Source of the DNA: Ginkgo biloba
Taxonomy: Eukaryota; Plantae; Ginkgophyta
Direction of reading: 5' to 3'
Length of the DNA: 24,057 nt
Assembly: GCA_024626585.2 (NCBI GenBank)
Contig: JANKJI020000002.1
Coordinates: 49,688,276-49,712,332, forward strand
Below the pieces are notes generated by a model. The model searched no databases, was not told the origin of the DNA, and worked only from the letters and a program-made list of their open reading frames with translations. The position numbers and the translations under genes were made by a program. This document shows positions 10,459-21,348 of this stretch, piece by piece (the stretch's first letter is position 1; each line of letters starts with the position of its first letter).

Positions 10459-13400
10459 GAAATGGACAAAAATTGCCAACTATATTTTGGTTGTAACTTT
10501 CACATACACACTCAAAATTTGATAAAATTTTGACTGTAATTGTGGGACACTAAAATTATCAAGATGTAAAATATTTGGGTCAAAATGAGTTTTTTTACCT
10601 CCTAAAAAGTGTGAATTATATAAAAATATATTTTGTTAATTCAACTCTAGGGTAGTTTCAAAAGCTAAATTTTGGACTGTGGCAAGATGGAATTAACCTC
10701 TATAATCACTCTAATAATCATACCTTAATTTGACCATTTGAGTATTTAGAACATCAAAATACTCTTCATCATTTTTAGAAGTGAAATTCCAAGGGACAGT
10801 GAAGAAAGGAGAAGAACAGAGGATATAATAGGGAGATAAAGGATATAGAAGAACAGAGGACAAACTAGANNNNNNNNNNNNNNNNNNNNNNNNNNNNNNN
10901 NNNNNNNNNNNNNNNNNNNNNNNNNNNNNNNNNNNNNNNNNNNNNNNNNNNNNNNNNNNNNNNNNNNNNAACAACCACTTACATCACAACAATAAATTTT
11001 GAAATGAAAGGTTGCTCCAAACAATAATTAAATGCAACCAACTCCCAACAACAAAATCTAATATAAGGATGGACACCCCTCCATCACAAATAAAACCTCA
11101 TGACATGTGATAAAAGCACCTAGGGAACACCCATGTGGAAGATCTAGTCACCAACAAGGCCTTAAAGCGAGAGCACCTAGCCCCCACCCGGAACGAATGG
11201 AATGCACTCCATGGAAAGAGTTCAAAGTGCATATTTTGTCGGAATTGTTTATGCCATCATGGTAGTTGGGCCACACAAATTACAATTATATTAGATACTT
11301 TGATGTTGCCCCACTGTAGTAAATTTTTGCTCTATGTTAGTATCAATATATAAGATTGGTTTTGCACTAAAATCTTTGGGTGTGTGTTGGGTCCCCTAGA
11401 TGTGTTCCCTTGTAGAATGTTGTTGACTTGGAGTTGGGTACTTCATTAAAATCCCCTCTTACTTTCCTCCATAAGAAATGTGAAGTGATCCAAAAGTTGG
11501 GAAAGCATAATTACATGAGAGGATCTAACTACTTTATGTATGCCCCCACAACTTGAATTTTTAGGAACTAGAATTTCTATTTAGTAAAAATAATTATGCA
11601 AGGTGTATAATGTCCCTCATTAATGATCTCCAATCGCATTCCCTCTTTTAACACAAAGTTTATACATAAGATAAAGAATAAGATTAGAGATAGGTCGATA
11701 ACCAATGATATGTCATTGACCTAGACTTGTTCAAATTACATGAATATAATGCCCCTCCCTATTAGAAGGGACAATAAATAGTGAAGGCTAAGTTTTGTTG
11801 ATTATTATTCTTTTTATGTAAACAATCGTAATGGTTTTATCATATAATGGGATATCAAAAGTAATTATTTGAAATAATTTTCCCCAAATATGTTAGGATA
11901 GTGGGAAAGAGATATAACCTTCCCACATCAGCAACAAGTTGGCCAAGAGATTATGCTTTCAAAAATAAATTATTCAAATCATGTTGATTTTTCATTATGG
12001 AGTAAGTCATAATCTTTCTTAGAAAAGGGCATAGCCATATTTATCCTTGAGGAGAAGGGATAAGGGGTGCATTAAAGTTGTATCCAACACCTTGTTAACT
12101 CCTTAGAATGGTGCTTATTTGTTTTATTTTATTTTCTTCTTAAAATCTCATGAATATGAAAAGCACTCCAAGAGCATTCTTACTAGTTTTTCAAGATTAT
12201 TTTCTTCTCAAACTTATATTATTGTTAAGAAGGTTTTCTCTTCATTTGCAACCTTAGCAACTTTATAAGATTTTCCTCTATCACACATTGTGTGAATTGC
12301 AATGAAACCATATTCTTAGATAAGGTTGGCCAACATTGGTAATTAAGGATTAAACTCTCTTCTGCATTCTACAAATCACTACAAGGGAAGTTTCTAGGTA
12401 TCTTCTTATCAAAGTTGATTGATGGGTCAACTCCACTTTTGGGATGAAAAGATAGAAAGAGAAATCACATAAATGAACCAGATTTTTAGGTATATTTTTA
12501 CATTAAAAAATATATGCATCATTTAATATGACACTTTGGTCATGTCATAACACCTTGAAGGGGGGCATGCTTCTTAAAGAAAAAAGTAAGGAATTGTATC
12601 ATTTCAGACCAATTATGATTTATAATTCAAAGTAAAGGTATCCATTTTTTTGGGAGTATTGTTTAAATCACCAAGGGATAAGGTAGTCTCCCTCTAAGTG
12701 GAGTCTTCCTATTCCGACGATTTTTTCTTTCTTGAGCTTCATGGTTAAGAGCCTTGTAATGAGTAGAGTCGACAAGTTCCTAGGAACTTAATAGCCTCAA
12801 TTATGGATAGTGCTAAGTAATAATAATAAGAACCTCTGTATGAATATCATGTTGATAATATTGAAAATGAGCCATCAATTAGATATATCCAATTCCGCAA
12901 TGCCATGAAAATTTATAAAAAATGGAGCAAATGTTGAAAGTCTAACTTTAGAATCTAGTTGCAAACATGTCATAGAGAATATTAATTTTTGGGGGGCGGA
13001 TTGGTTAGCCTTGTTTAATGTACGTGACTATGGTTGATTATGTTAATTATGCTAGAGACAAGTGGTAAGCCTATGTTTATAAGGGCAACCACAAATTAGG
13101 TGTAAAGCAGTAAATAGGCTATGTTGTAGGCTAAGGAGACCCATTTTAAGAATATAAGAGTACTTAAGCCTCATTTGTAACATATGTGATTTTTATCTTT
13201 ATGGAGCATTTCACTCATTAGTAACTTTTTGGGCTTAGGTGAGCCCTTTATTTGTGACTTTTGAACTCAAGGGAATCACTTGGTGACTTCTTGGGCCCAA
13301 GTGAGCCCCTTGCAATATTATGNNNNNNNNNNNNNNNNNNNNNNNNNNNNNNNNNNNNNNNNNNNNNNNNNNNNNNNNNNNNNNNNNNNNNNNNNNNNNN

Positions 13401-16400
13401 NNNNNNNNNNNNNNNNNNNNNNTGGTACTAACAAGGGATAATACTTCCCAAGCTTCCTATTGGAAAGATTGGAAGTGCAACATAAAGAATAATATCGAAT
13501 ATATCTCTCTACATTTTCCTACATCTTAGGCTAAAATAATATCTTTGTAGATATGTCGCACGATCTTCTTCATTCTAAAGTGTCCATCCACTTTAGAATT
13601 ATACACCTCTCTAATCAATTGTGGTTTGCAACTACTATTAGGCACACATAACAAACCAATTATATACAACAAACCACATTTGATGTGATAATCCCTTAAA
13701 TAATCCTCTTTAATAATAAGAGAATCTAACAATTGAGCCAAAATATGTACAAAATTATCATCAATCAAATACAATATTTCCACTCAGGAAAACCATAGTA
13801 AGAAGAATGCAATACCTACAATAAAGAGTGTACTAGTGGTCTACCAAAGAAATCTCCCACTATGTTTTTGGTCCCCTTCTTGTACTTGATGGTGATATAT
13901 AACTATTGGATATACCCCATCCACTTGACCAACCTATTATCCTCTATATTTGATAATGAATGAAAGAATTATAGAGGTTGATGGTATGAATGAATGATTA
14001 TCTCATTCCCAACGAGATAATGGTTCCAATGCTTCATAGCTTAAAATATAGTATATATCTCCTTGTGGTATGTGTTGTACCCCTACATTATCTCTAAAAA
14101 AGACTCTAAATGGAAAGTAATTAGATTTCCTTTCTATTTTAGAACTACTCCTATAGCATACCCTAATACATCTTCCTCCACCATAAAAGGTAATTGAAGA
14201 TTAGGCATGCCTAGGACTAGTGTTATACATAAATAATACTTTAAAAAATTAAAAGTATCATGTTGGGATTTACCCAAAGTGGCAACTTACTTATCCGTCA
14301 TAATTAAATGGAGAGGAGAAGTAATATCTAAAAAACTAGGTGCAAACTTAATATAGAATTTAGCTAATCCCAAAAATCTAAGCAACTCATACACATTAGA
14401 TGGTTACCCCCAATCCATCAAAACCTCAATATTGGAAGGATCTACTATGAATATATGCTCATTGATGATGAAACCAAGGTAGGATATGCTATGCATGTAA
14501 AAAATATACACTTCTCCATATTAGCTTGAAGTTGTTGGATCCTCAACTATTGTAAAACATGCTCTATGAGCAACAAATATTCTTCCTAAGTGAATATAAA
14601 GATAAGTATCTAATCTTGATATATTATGATAAATGAATCAGGGAAAGGATGAAGTACAATATTCATTAGCCTTATGAAAGTAACAAGATCATTAGTTAGT
14701 CCAAAATGCATCACTAAGCACTCAAAGACTCCATGCTTGGTCTTGAATGTTGTCTTCCATGTATCCACGCCTCACATTAGCATATGATGGTATCCTAATT
14801 TCAAATCAATATTAGAGAAATATTAGGAACCTTACAATTGATTCAATAAATTATCAATGGATGGTAGTAGATACATTTTCTTCACTATGATCTTATCGAT
14901 CGCCCTATAGTTGATACGCATGTGCCAATAACCATCCTTCTTGGGAATCAACAAGATGGGTGAACCACATAGATAATCACTATGCCTAATATTTTCCTTC
15001 TCCAATAATTCTAATATTTTCTTTCTTTATTTATTCACTCTCCATCACTGGTCTCTTGTAAAGACCTACATTAGGCAATGAATCCACTAGCTCTAGATCT
15101 ATCTCATGTGATATGGATATCTGAGGGTGTAAGCCATTTATAGATATAAACACATCCTAAAACTTGTACAAAAGATGTTTCACATTTTATTCATGTTTTC
15201 AATCTTTTACTACTGACTCCAACTCTCTTTGAGTGTTGAAACTTGAATTAGAATGGCCTCTCAACATAATCAATACAAACATATGGGAAGCTTGTCTTAA
15301 TCAACTAGCATATGCACTATTAATCAAAAAAGTAGATTTGGGAATAGAAATTTATCTAATGACAAAAGGATTACCTTCATTAACCACAATATGCTTCCCG
15401 TGTTAGGGAGTTATATTTTCCTTTCTATCATTTATAAAGTGGATGACAAATAATACATTAGTATAATGTATCGAGATAGCATCATAGGTGATATCATCTA
15501 CATACTCCATGATAGAAAATTTGAAAATACACCGGTGAGTAAGTTTATAACTCTCATCTCTTTTCCCACCACTAATCTCATAGGTATATGGATGCTCCTA
15601 AAGTTCTAATCCCATATCCTACATTAGAAAAGTTGAAACCAAGTTTTTTTGCTACCACTGTCTAATATAGTTGGAACCACTATATCCTTAATCTACAACT
15701 TTAATGTGAAGAGTCTCTCTATATCCTTACTCTTGTCCTTTGTATTGAGAGATATTGAAAGGTTGAACTCATCTGGCATGATAGCCACTTAAAGCAGTCT
15801 TCTTCTCTCTCTACTTTCTCTAATGAAGAGATCTTGGTGCCTTCTCAGGATGCAACTTGAAACAATTAGCTTCATCATGTACCTTCTTACTATAATCACC
15901 ACACTTCTTTGACCTATCAAAATTTGTCTTCTTCTGGTCCTTTCTAGAAGAAGATGGAGTAGAAGTATCCTTCTACTTTCTTTCCTTGGAAATCCTATGA
16001 AGTCTTTTCCCTATATTGAATCTTCAAGGAAAACCTGTATGTGTCTAGGATGGTATTCAATGGAAAAATCCTAGCCTCATACCTCAATTGGTTATGGAGC
16101 CCTTCAACGAATTTGAGCACCATCTTTTCAACTGGTTCCCTCATGTCGAACTTGATTGAGAGATCTTGGTACTCATAATAATCCTCCAAACATTGCCCTG
16201 CTTTCTAACGTAGATATTGCCACTTGAGGTAGAGTTCATCGTAATAACCTAGAGGATAAATGTTCTTCCTCAATTCCTTCTTAAACTCAATCCAAAAATT
16301 TAATGGAGGTTATATATTGTTCTCTCATGACCTACAAAAAGACTCCCACCAAGAACATCCTTATTCAATATATTCAACCTAGTAGAGAAGATATGCTTCT

Positions 16401-17082
16401 CATCTTAATATAACTAGCAAGAAAAATAAACTTCTATGGCCTATATCCAAATCTCTAAAGATGGGGCATTCAACTTACCATCAAACACATTTATCTCCAC
16501 CTTGGAATCAACCTAGAAAGGTTTCTTTTCTAACACTTGCTACACAATAGAACCTGTAGCATAGTAATAATATTTTAAGAAGAACTCAAAATAAATTCAA
16601 AGTAGGAGGTAAAGGAGGAATTACCATTAGTTGAAGAATCATCGAAGCAGAAGCACTCAAAGAGNNNNNNNNNNNNNNNNNNNNNNNNNNNNNNNNNNNN
16701 NNNNNNNNNNNNNATTCATGACTATCCTTTATGGCTTAAAGACTTTTCTCCATGGCCTTATGGCTCTCCTTTTTCTCCTATCACAACCTCCACATCATAG
16801 TTTTCATATCATCCACACAATTCTTAAGAATTATCTCTTGAAATTCCTCTAAATTACTAAGTTCATTGCTCTTTGTATCTTCTATCTCTAGTCATATTAC
16901 AAAAGGATTATGTGGTAATGGCATATTGATTTTTCTTTGCTTTTCCATGACTTCCTCTCTCTCCATATCTAGTCATGTAGTCCTAAACATAGATCTAGTG
17001 GATACTATACAAGAGAAATAAAAATTCTAAAATTAGACCAAAGAAAAACAAATTGATCTTCTGTCCCAAGTCAAAGTGACAA

Positions 17083-17095
17083 GGCTTTGATACTA
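17083..17095 (-). promoter_or_regulatory. Primer-binding site (tRNA-iMet type) of the gypsy element
   Basis: Minus strand TAGTATCAAAGCC versus TGGTATCAGAGCC (two G>A). It lies 2 nt after the LTR end ...ATGTCA (17098) and upstream of gag on the same strand. Confidence 0.75.
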
Positions 17096-17097
17096 AC

Positions 17098-17894
17098 TGA
17101 CATATCCTTGGTGGAGGATTGAAAGGTGTAATCTTTTATATGAAAAAGTGTCTAAATTAAAACTAAGGATACTCAAGGATTATGTTTCTTTTGGATGTAT
17201 GATCTAAATAAGATATTTTATTACTTTAGATGTCTTTTGCTATATTTATCTTGTAAAAGAAATAGTTATCATCTATTCTATGGATTCTCAAACTAAGAAC
17301 AAGATTTATGGAAAAGAATATATGCAAGATAATCTCAAGAAGCAAAAATAATAGAAGAACTTTGATAGAATAAAGGAAATTATATGAAGCCAAGCTCAAG
17401 AGCTTAAAAATACAACATAAAAGTGTATGATACAATGCTCATGGCTCACTCTTAAATAGTTGATCCATGGTGAATAAAAAGTTAAACATAGGGCTGTTGC
17501 AACCATACATGCAACATTCAACCATGCATACGACTAGAAAAAGGAAAAGCAATGATTTTTCAACCATGCATGCAACATGCAACTATGTATGAAAATAAAA
17601 AAAAAAAAAAGAAAAGCTTAGGCTACCATGCATGTGTCATGCAACCATGCATGAAATTCAAATTTTTTGATCCATACAAACATATATCTAATTAAGGGAT
17701 TTAATCCATGCATTGAATCACATGCAAATTCCATCCTAGTGCTTGATGGCACACCATGACGAATTATAAATATTTTATGACCTTAAAATAACAAGGAATC
17801 AAGTAAGAATCCTATGNNNNNNNNNNNNNNNNNNNATGGTATAAAGACACCAAGAAGTAAAATAGACAAAACCAAACAATAGGAGATAACATCA
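17098..17894 (-). repeat. 5' LTR of the gypsy element (~800 bp; 5' boundary tentative)
   Basis: The 3' end is fixed by CA plus PBS. TATA-like CTATTTAAG lies at about 17451-17459 (minus). The candidate 5' end is TGATGTTATC at 17894. Both termini fit an ancestral TGACGT...ACGTCA after CpG deamination (inference). Confidence 0.55.
17500..17726. repeat. CATGCA(TG)-rich subrepeats (three ~61-62 bp units) in the LTR U3 region
   Basis: Units start at 17500, 17561 and 17623. There are ten CATGCA occurrences between 17508 and 17726, three of them full CATGCATG (17565, 17627, 17646). Confidence 0.7.
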
Positions 17895-17927
17895 TAAGGA
17901 GAACAACTAAGGTGCATTGTAAGGATG

Positions 17928-18032
17928 TATAACATGGTAGCATGATCAAACACTGCAACAAACAATATTGTTGGGTTTTGTTTATTTTATTATAACATGG
18001 TAGCACGATTGAACACTGCAACAAAGAATATT
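17928..18032. repeat. 42-bp local duplication (38/42 identical, 63-bp period) next to the splice donor
   Basis: TATAACATGGTAGCATGATCAAACACTGCAACAAACAATATT (17928-17969) versus TATAACATGGTAGCACGATTGAACACTGCAACAAAGAATATT (17991-18032). Confidence 0.85.
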
Positions 18033-18033
18033 A

Positions 18034-18041
18034 ACATACCA
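18034..18041 (-). other. 5' splice donor (phase 2) of the TDP1beta exon
   Basis: Minus strand TG|GTATGT, splitting the Trp codon of ...TSDILW. Protein similarity stops exactly here and T-rich intron-like sequence follows. Confidence 0.8.
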
Positions 18042-18865
18042 TAATATATCACTTGTAAAAGTTGCAGAAAATATGCCTAGAAGACTGTCCACAGGTGTAA
18101 GAAGGTCCCACAGGGAAACTGTTCCATGATGTTTTGTTGAATTTAGGTCCATGAATTCAAGATGATTCAAACAGAAAGCCTCTCCAGTGAAAGAGGACGG
18201 ATCATTGTCGAAAGACACCTTTTTCAAATCAGCTCTTTCTTCTAGTAAAAGTTTATTGTTTTCCTTGCTTCCTTCTCCATTTATACAACTGCTTTTGCCC
18301 TGGAGAATCTCACTATGCATTTCATTATGTGGAGCACGAACCTTCTGGATATCACTCTGTTTGTCCGTCATTCTGTACACTTCACCTTTGAAGAGATGAT
18401 GCGCATGAGCGACATTCCCCTCTGTCAAAGATTTATGTTCTAGTGATTGTATTTCATCCTTACAAATGTTATTGAAACTCTGATTATGCTCCTTCCATTC
18501 TCCCTTTGGTGAACAAGGAAGTGCTGCAAAGCAGGGCACACTTACATTCCTACATGCACTAGTCCCTTCTTGGACGTTCATGGAATCCAATGCACCCCAT
18601 TTACTTGCATTGCTAAGAGGTACCTGTACTTCTGCCTTCAACATATTTCTGTTTGAGTCAGGCAACTTTTGTTGTCTGTTTCCATCTTCATATTCAGGAT
18701 TTGCTTTATTACAAGTGCTTCCAACAATGGGGTTATCAAAGCATTTAGCAGCACTAGATTCCGTATAGTTTGCCTTTTCAAAGCTCTTCACAAAATCCTC
18801 ATTTCCCTCCGCATGCTCTTCTGTGTCTAAAGTAATGTTACTGCTAGAAAATGTGTGCTCTGCTG
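18040..18865 (-). CDS. TDP1: Internal coding exon (partial) of tyrosyl-DNA phosphodiesterase 1 beta (plant FHA-TDP-HIRAN protein)
   Basis: About 275 stop-free codons, open from the gap edge at 18865 (AEHTFSSSNITLDTEEHAEGNEDFVKSF...) and more GC-rich than the flanks. The C-terminal GEAFCLNHLEFMDLNSTKHHGTVSLWDLLTPVDSLLGIFSATFTSDILW matches my recollection of plant TDP1beta (GKxFYLNRL...VSLPELLxPVES...FxATFTSDILWFL). The ORF-track start (GTG) and the tail after ILW are artefacts of ignoring splicing. Confidence 0.85.
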
Positions 18866-18981
18866 NNNNNNNNNNNNNNNNNNNNNNNNNNNNNNNNNNN
18901 NNNNNNNNNNNNNNNNNNNNNNNNNNNNNNNNNNNNNNNNNNNNNNNNNNNNNNNNNNNNNNNNNNNNNNNNNNNNNNNNN

Positions 18982-19254
18982 CACTAATGCAAGAGAACTT
19001 GAAATCATTTTGATTCCAACATCTCGTATCCAAATTAACTTAGTATAAGACTGCTAATAGAACCAAATTATGTATGTATTCAAATGTCAAGTCGACTACA
19101 AAAATAAAATAGTTATACATGCATAGATAGATAAGGAAAATTTGAGCAAAGGAATATCTTTAAAGACATAAGCATCAAATACAATTATATCAAGACAAAA
19201 TCATCAAACAAGAAATTAGAAGAAGTAAAGATCTCTCATTAACATCTTCACAAG
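18982..19254 (+). repeat. Dispersed direct repeat, copy A (partner 23785-24057)
   Basis: Ungapped 273-bp alignment with 28 mismatches by hand count (~90% identity). Confidence 0.92.
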
Positions 19255-20447
19255 TGCATGCAAGTTTTATGACATGAATTGAAGCTTATTTTCAATCGAA
19301 TGTGGGGTCTGAGACAGTGCTTTAAGACTCTCTTGATACATCTTCTCTATCTTCTCTTCTTTAAAATGCCTACACTTTAGACTAAAAAAGAGACTCTCCT
19401 CCTCTTTACTGTTCTCTATAGTTTCTCTTCCTTCCTTACTCTTGAATCTACTTTCTTACTTACATTCTACAAAAAATCAAAATTTAGGGTATATATGCCT
19501 ACCTAGAAGGTGTGGGCCTCTAATATATTGTCGGTCTTTATCAACACTCCAGTACAACCTTCTATGAACAGTGACTTCTAACCATTGAAAGCCCTTGTTA
19601 ATAATTATGCTTTGAGTCATAGTTAATGCCGAGTGGACCAACATTAGCTAGTCGATGTAGATCTCTTACATTTGGAGGATGTCGATGGTAATGTTGATGC
19701 ACCACTAGATAATGACCATTCATAAGGAGACTAAAAAAAGGGTCTTTGAGGCCTATAATGACTATCCCTAGAGGAGGAGATGCAGATGGTTGACCAACCC
19801 CAATAGTAGTAGAAGGACGTAGTGAAGATCTAATGATTGTCTAGACAGTAAATCTTGAGATATTTTAAGATGAATCTGATTCCTCATTATTGATTTGTAT
19901 CTCAATGGATGAGTCAAAATATCCTAGTGTAATTAACTATGGATTCTTGAATCAAATTATTTATTTAAAATAACAAACTTATGTGTTTGAAACTTGCATG
20001 TAATCCTATCAACTTGAATCCAAAAATTCAAGACAAACATAAATTAGTCACCCACAAATCTTTACACAAAGCTAAATATTTTTAACTAGAGAAACCCTCT
20101 TGGAGAATAAAACTCCAAAATAGAATTAAGTTCTCTTTCAACAAGAATTTTATATCAATTATGTCTATGCTTCTATTTTGAGATACAACTCACTGAGACT
20201 TGCACAATACAACAGATTAAACAATGGCATGGAGCTATTTTGACTCACAAGGACTCTCTCACACTCTTTGTCTGTGTACTTCTTGCTTCTTGCAGAGCTG
20301 TTCAACTTCCCTCTTTGAGTGGATGTGTTCTCCCTTCTCTTTTCTTCTATTCATCCTCCTGCTTCTTTTCCTCATTTTTTCCCTTTTCCCCTTCAAATCC
20401 ATTTAGTTACCATAATCGTTCTTGGTAATTGAACTATCTTGAGATTG

Positions 20448-21348
20448 NNNNNNNNNNNNNNNNNNNNNNNNNNNNNNNNNNNNNNNNNNNNNNNNNNNNN
20501 NNNNNNNNNNNNNNNNNNNNNNNNNNNNNNNNNNNNNNNNNNNNNNNNNNNNNNNNNNNNNNNNNNNNNNNNNNNNNNNNNNNNNNNNNNNNNNNNNNNN
20601 NNNNNNNNNNNNNNNNNNNNNNNNNNNNNNNNNNNNNNNNNNNNNNNNNNNNNNNNNNNNNNNNNNNNNNNNNNNNNNNNNNNNNNNNNNNNNNNNNNNN
20701 NNNNNNNNNNNNNNNNNNNNNNNNNNNNNNNNNNNNNNNNNNNNNNNNNNNNNNNNNNNNNNNNNNNNNNNNNNNNNNNNNNNNNNNNNNNNNNNNNNNN
20801 NNNNNNNNNNNNNNNNNNNNNNNNNNNNNNNNNNNNNNNNNNNNNNNNNNNNNNNNNNNNNNNNNNNNNNNNNNNNNNNNNNNNNNNNNNNNNNNNNNNN
20901 NNNNNNNNNNNNNNNNNNNNNNNNNNNNNNNNNNNNNNNNNNNNNNNNNNNNNNNNNNNNNNNNNNNNNNNNNNNNNNNNNNNNNNNNNNNNNNNNNNNN
21001 NNNNNNNNNNNNNNNNNNNNNNNNNNNNNNNNNNNNNNNNNNNNNNNNNNNNNNNNNNNNNNNNNNNNNNNNNNNNNNNNNNNNNNNNNNNNNNNNNNNN
21101 NNNNNNNNNNNNNNNNNNNNNNNNNNNNNNNNNNNNNNNNNNNNNNNNNNNNNNNNNNNNNNNNNNNNNNNNNNNNNNNNNNNNNNNNNNNNNNNNNNNN
21201 NNNNNNNNNNNNNNNNNNNNNNNNNNNNNNNNNNNNNNNNNNNNNNNNNNNNNNNNNNNNNNNNNNNNNNNNNNNNNNNNNNNNNNNNNNNNNNNNNNNN
21301 NNNNNNNNNNNNNNNNNNNNNNNNNNNNNNNNNNNNNNNNNNNNNNNN
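20448..21348. other. Largest assembly gap (~900 N); 13 other gaps in the window
   Basis: N runs. The 100-N gaps at 1194, 2751, 4527, 6070, 7612, 10870, 13323 and 22873 look like unknown-size placeholders, whereas 13423-22872 contains only irregularly sized gaps. Confidence 0.95.

Larger units (their letters stand above)
13423..17894 (-). mobile_element. Degenerate Ty3/gypsy LTR retrotransposon (chromovirus-type pol, CRM-like): 5' LTR-PBS-gag-PR-RT-RH-INT, 3' end lost in gap
   Basis: Gag reads FDGKLNA...IEVYF, YPLGYYDELYLKWQYLR and KFVEGLHNQLR (about 15995-16530), with a decayed zinc knuckle KKCGDYSKKVHDEANCFKLHPE (about 15845-15910). Protease reads ILDSGS (about 15651-15668). RT reads GSPILLIPKKDGYWHMRINYRAIDK...IDLKLGYHH...WKTTFKTKHGVFECLVMHFGLTN...YQD* (about 14610). 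RNase H reads EEDVLGYAIGVVL...MKHWNHYLVG...HQPL. INT reads LCVPNSSCKPQLIREVYNSKVDGHF (ORF 13526-13783). The RT-RH-INT order identifies it as gypsy. Confidence 0.92.

Noticed and set aside
11400-12450. Possible zinc-knuckle (TCC*CGKV) and protease (LVIDLS) remnants on the minus strand
   Set aside because: Too degenerate to support by eye; needs a TBLASTN or HMM search.
12968-13322. LTR-like segment as the missing 3' LTR of the 13423-17894 element
   Set aside because: No visible similarity to 17098-17894, and it is separated by a placeholder gap.
17982-18039. C-terminal YVNILCCSVQSCYHVIIK of the 269-aa ORF
   Set aside because: Read-through into the intron past the GTATGT donor; it overlaps the 42-bp duplication.
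17098-18051. Alternative LTR boundary TGACATAT...ATATATCA (7/8 inverted match)
   Set aside because: The right end falls inside the conserved TSDILW codons of the host exon, upstream of an intact donor, so the match is coincidental.
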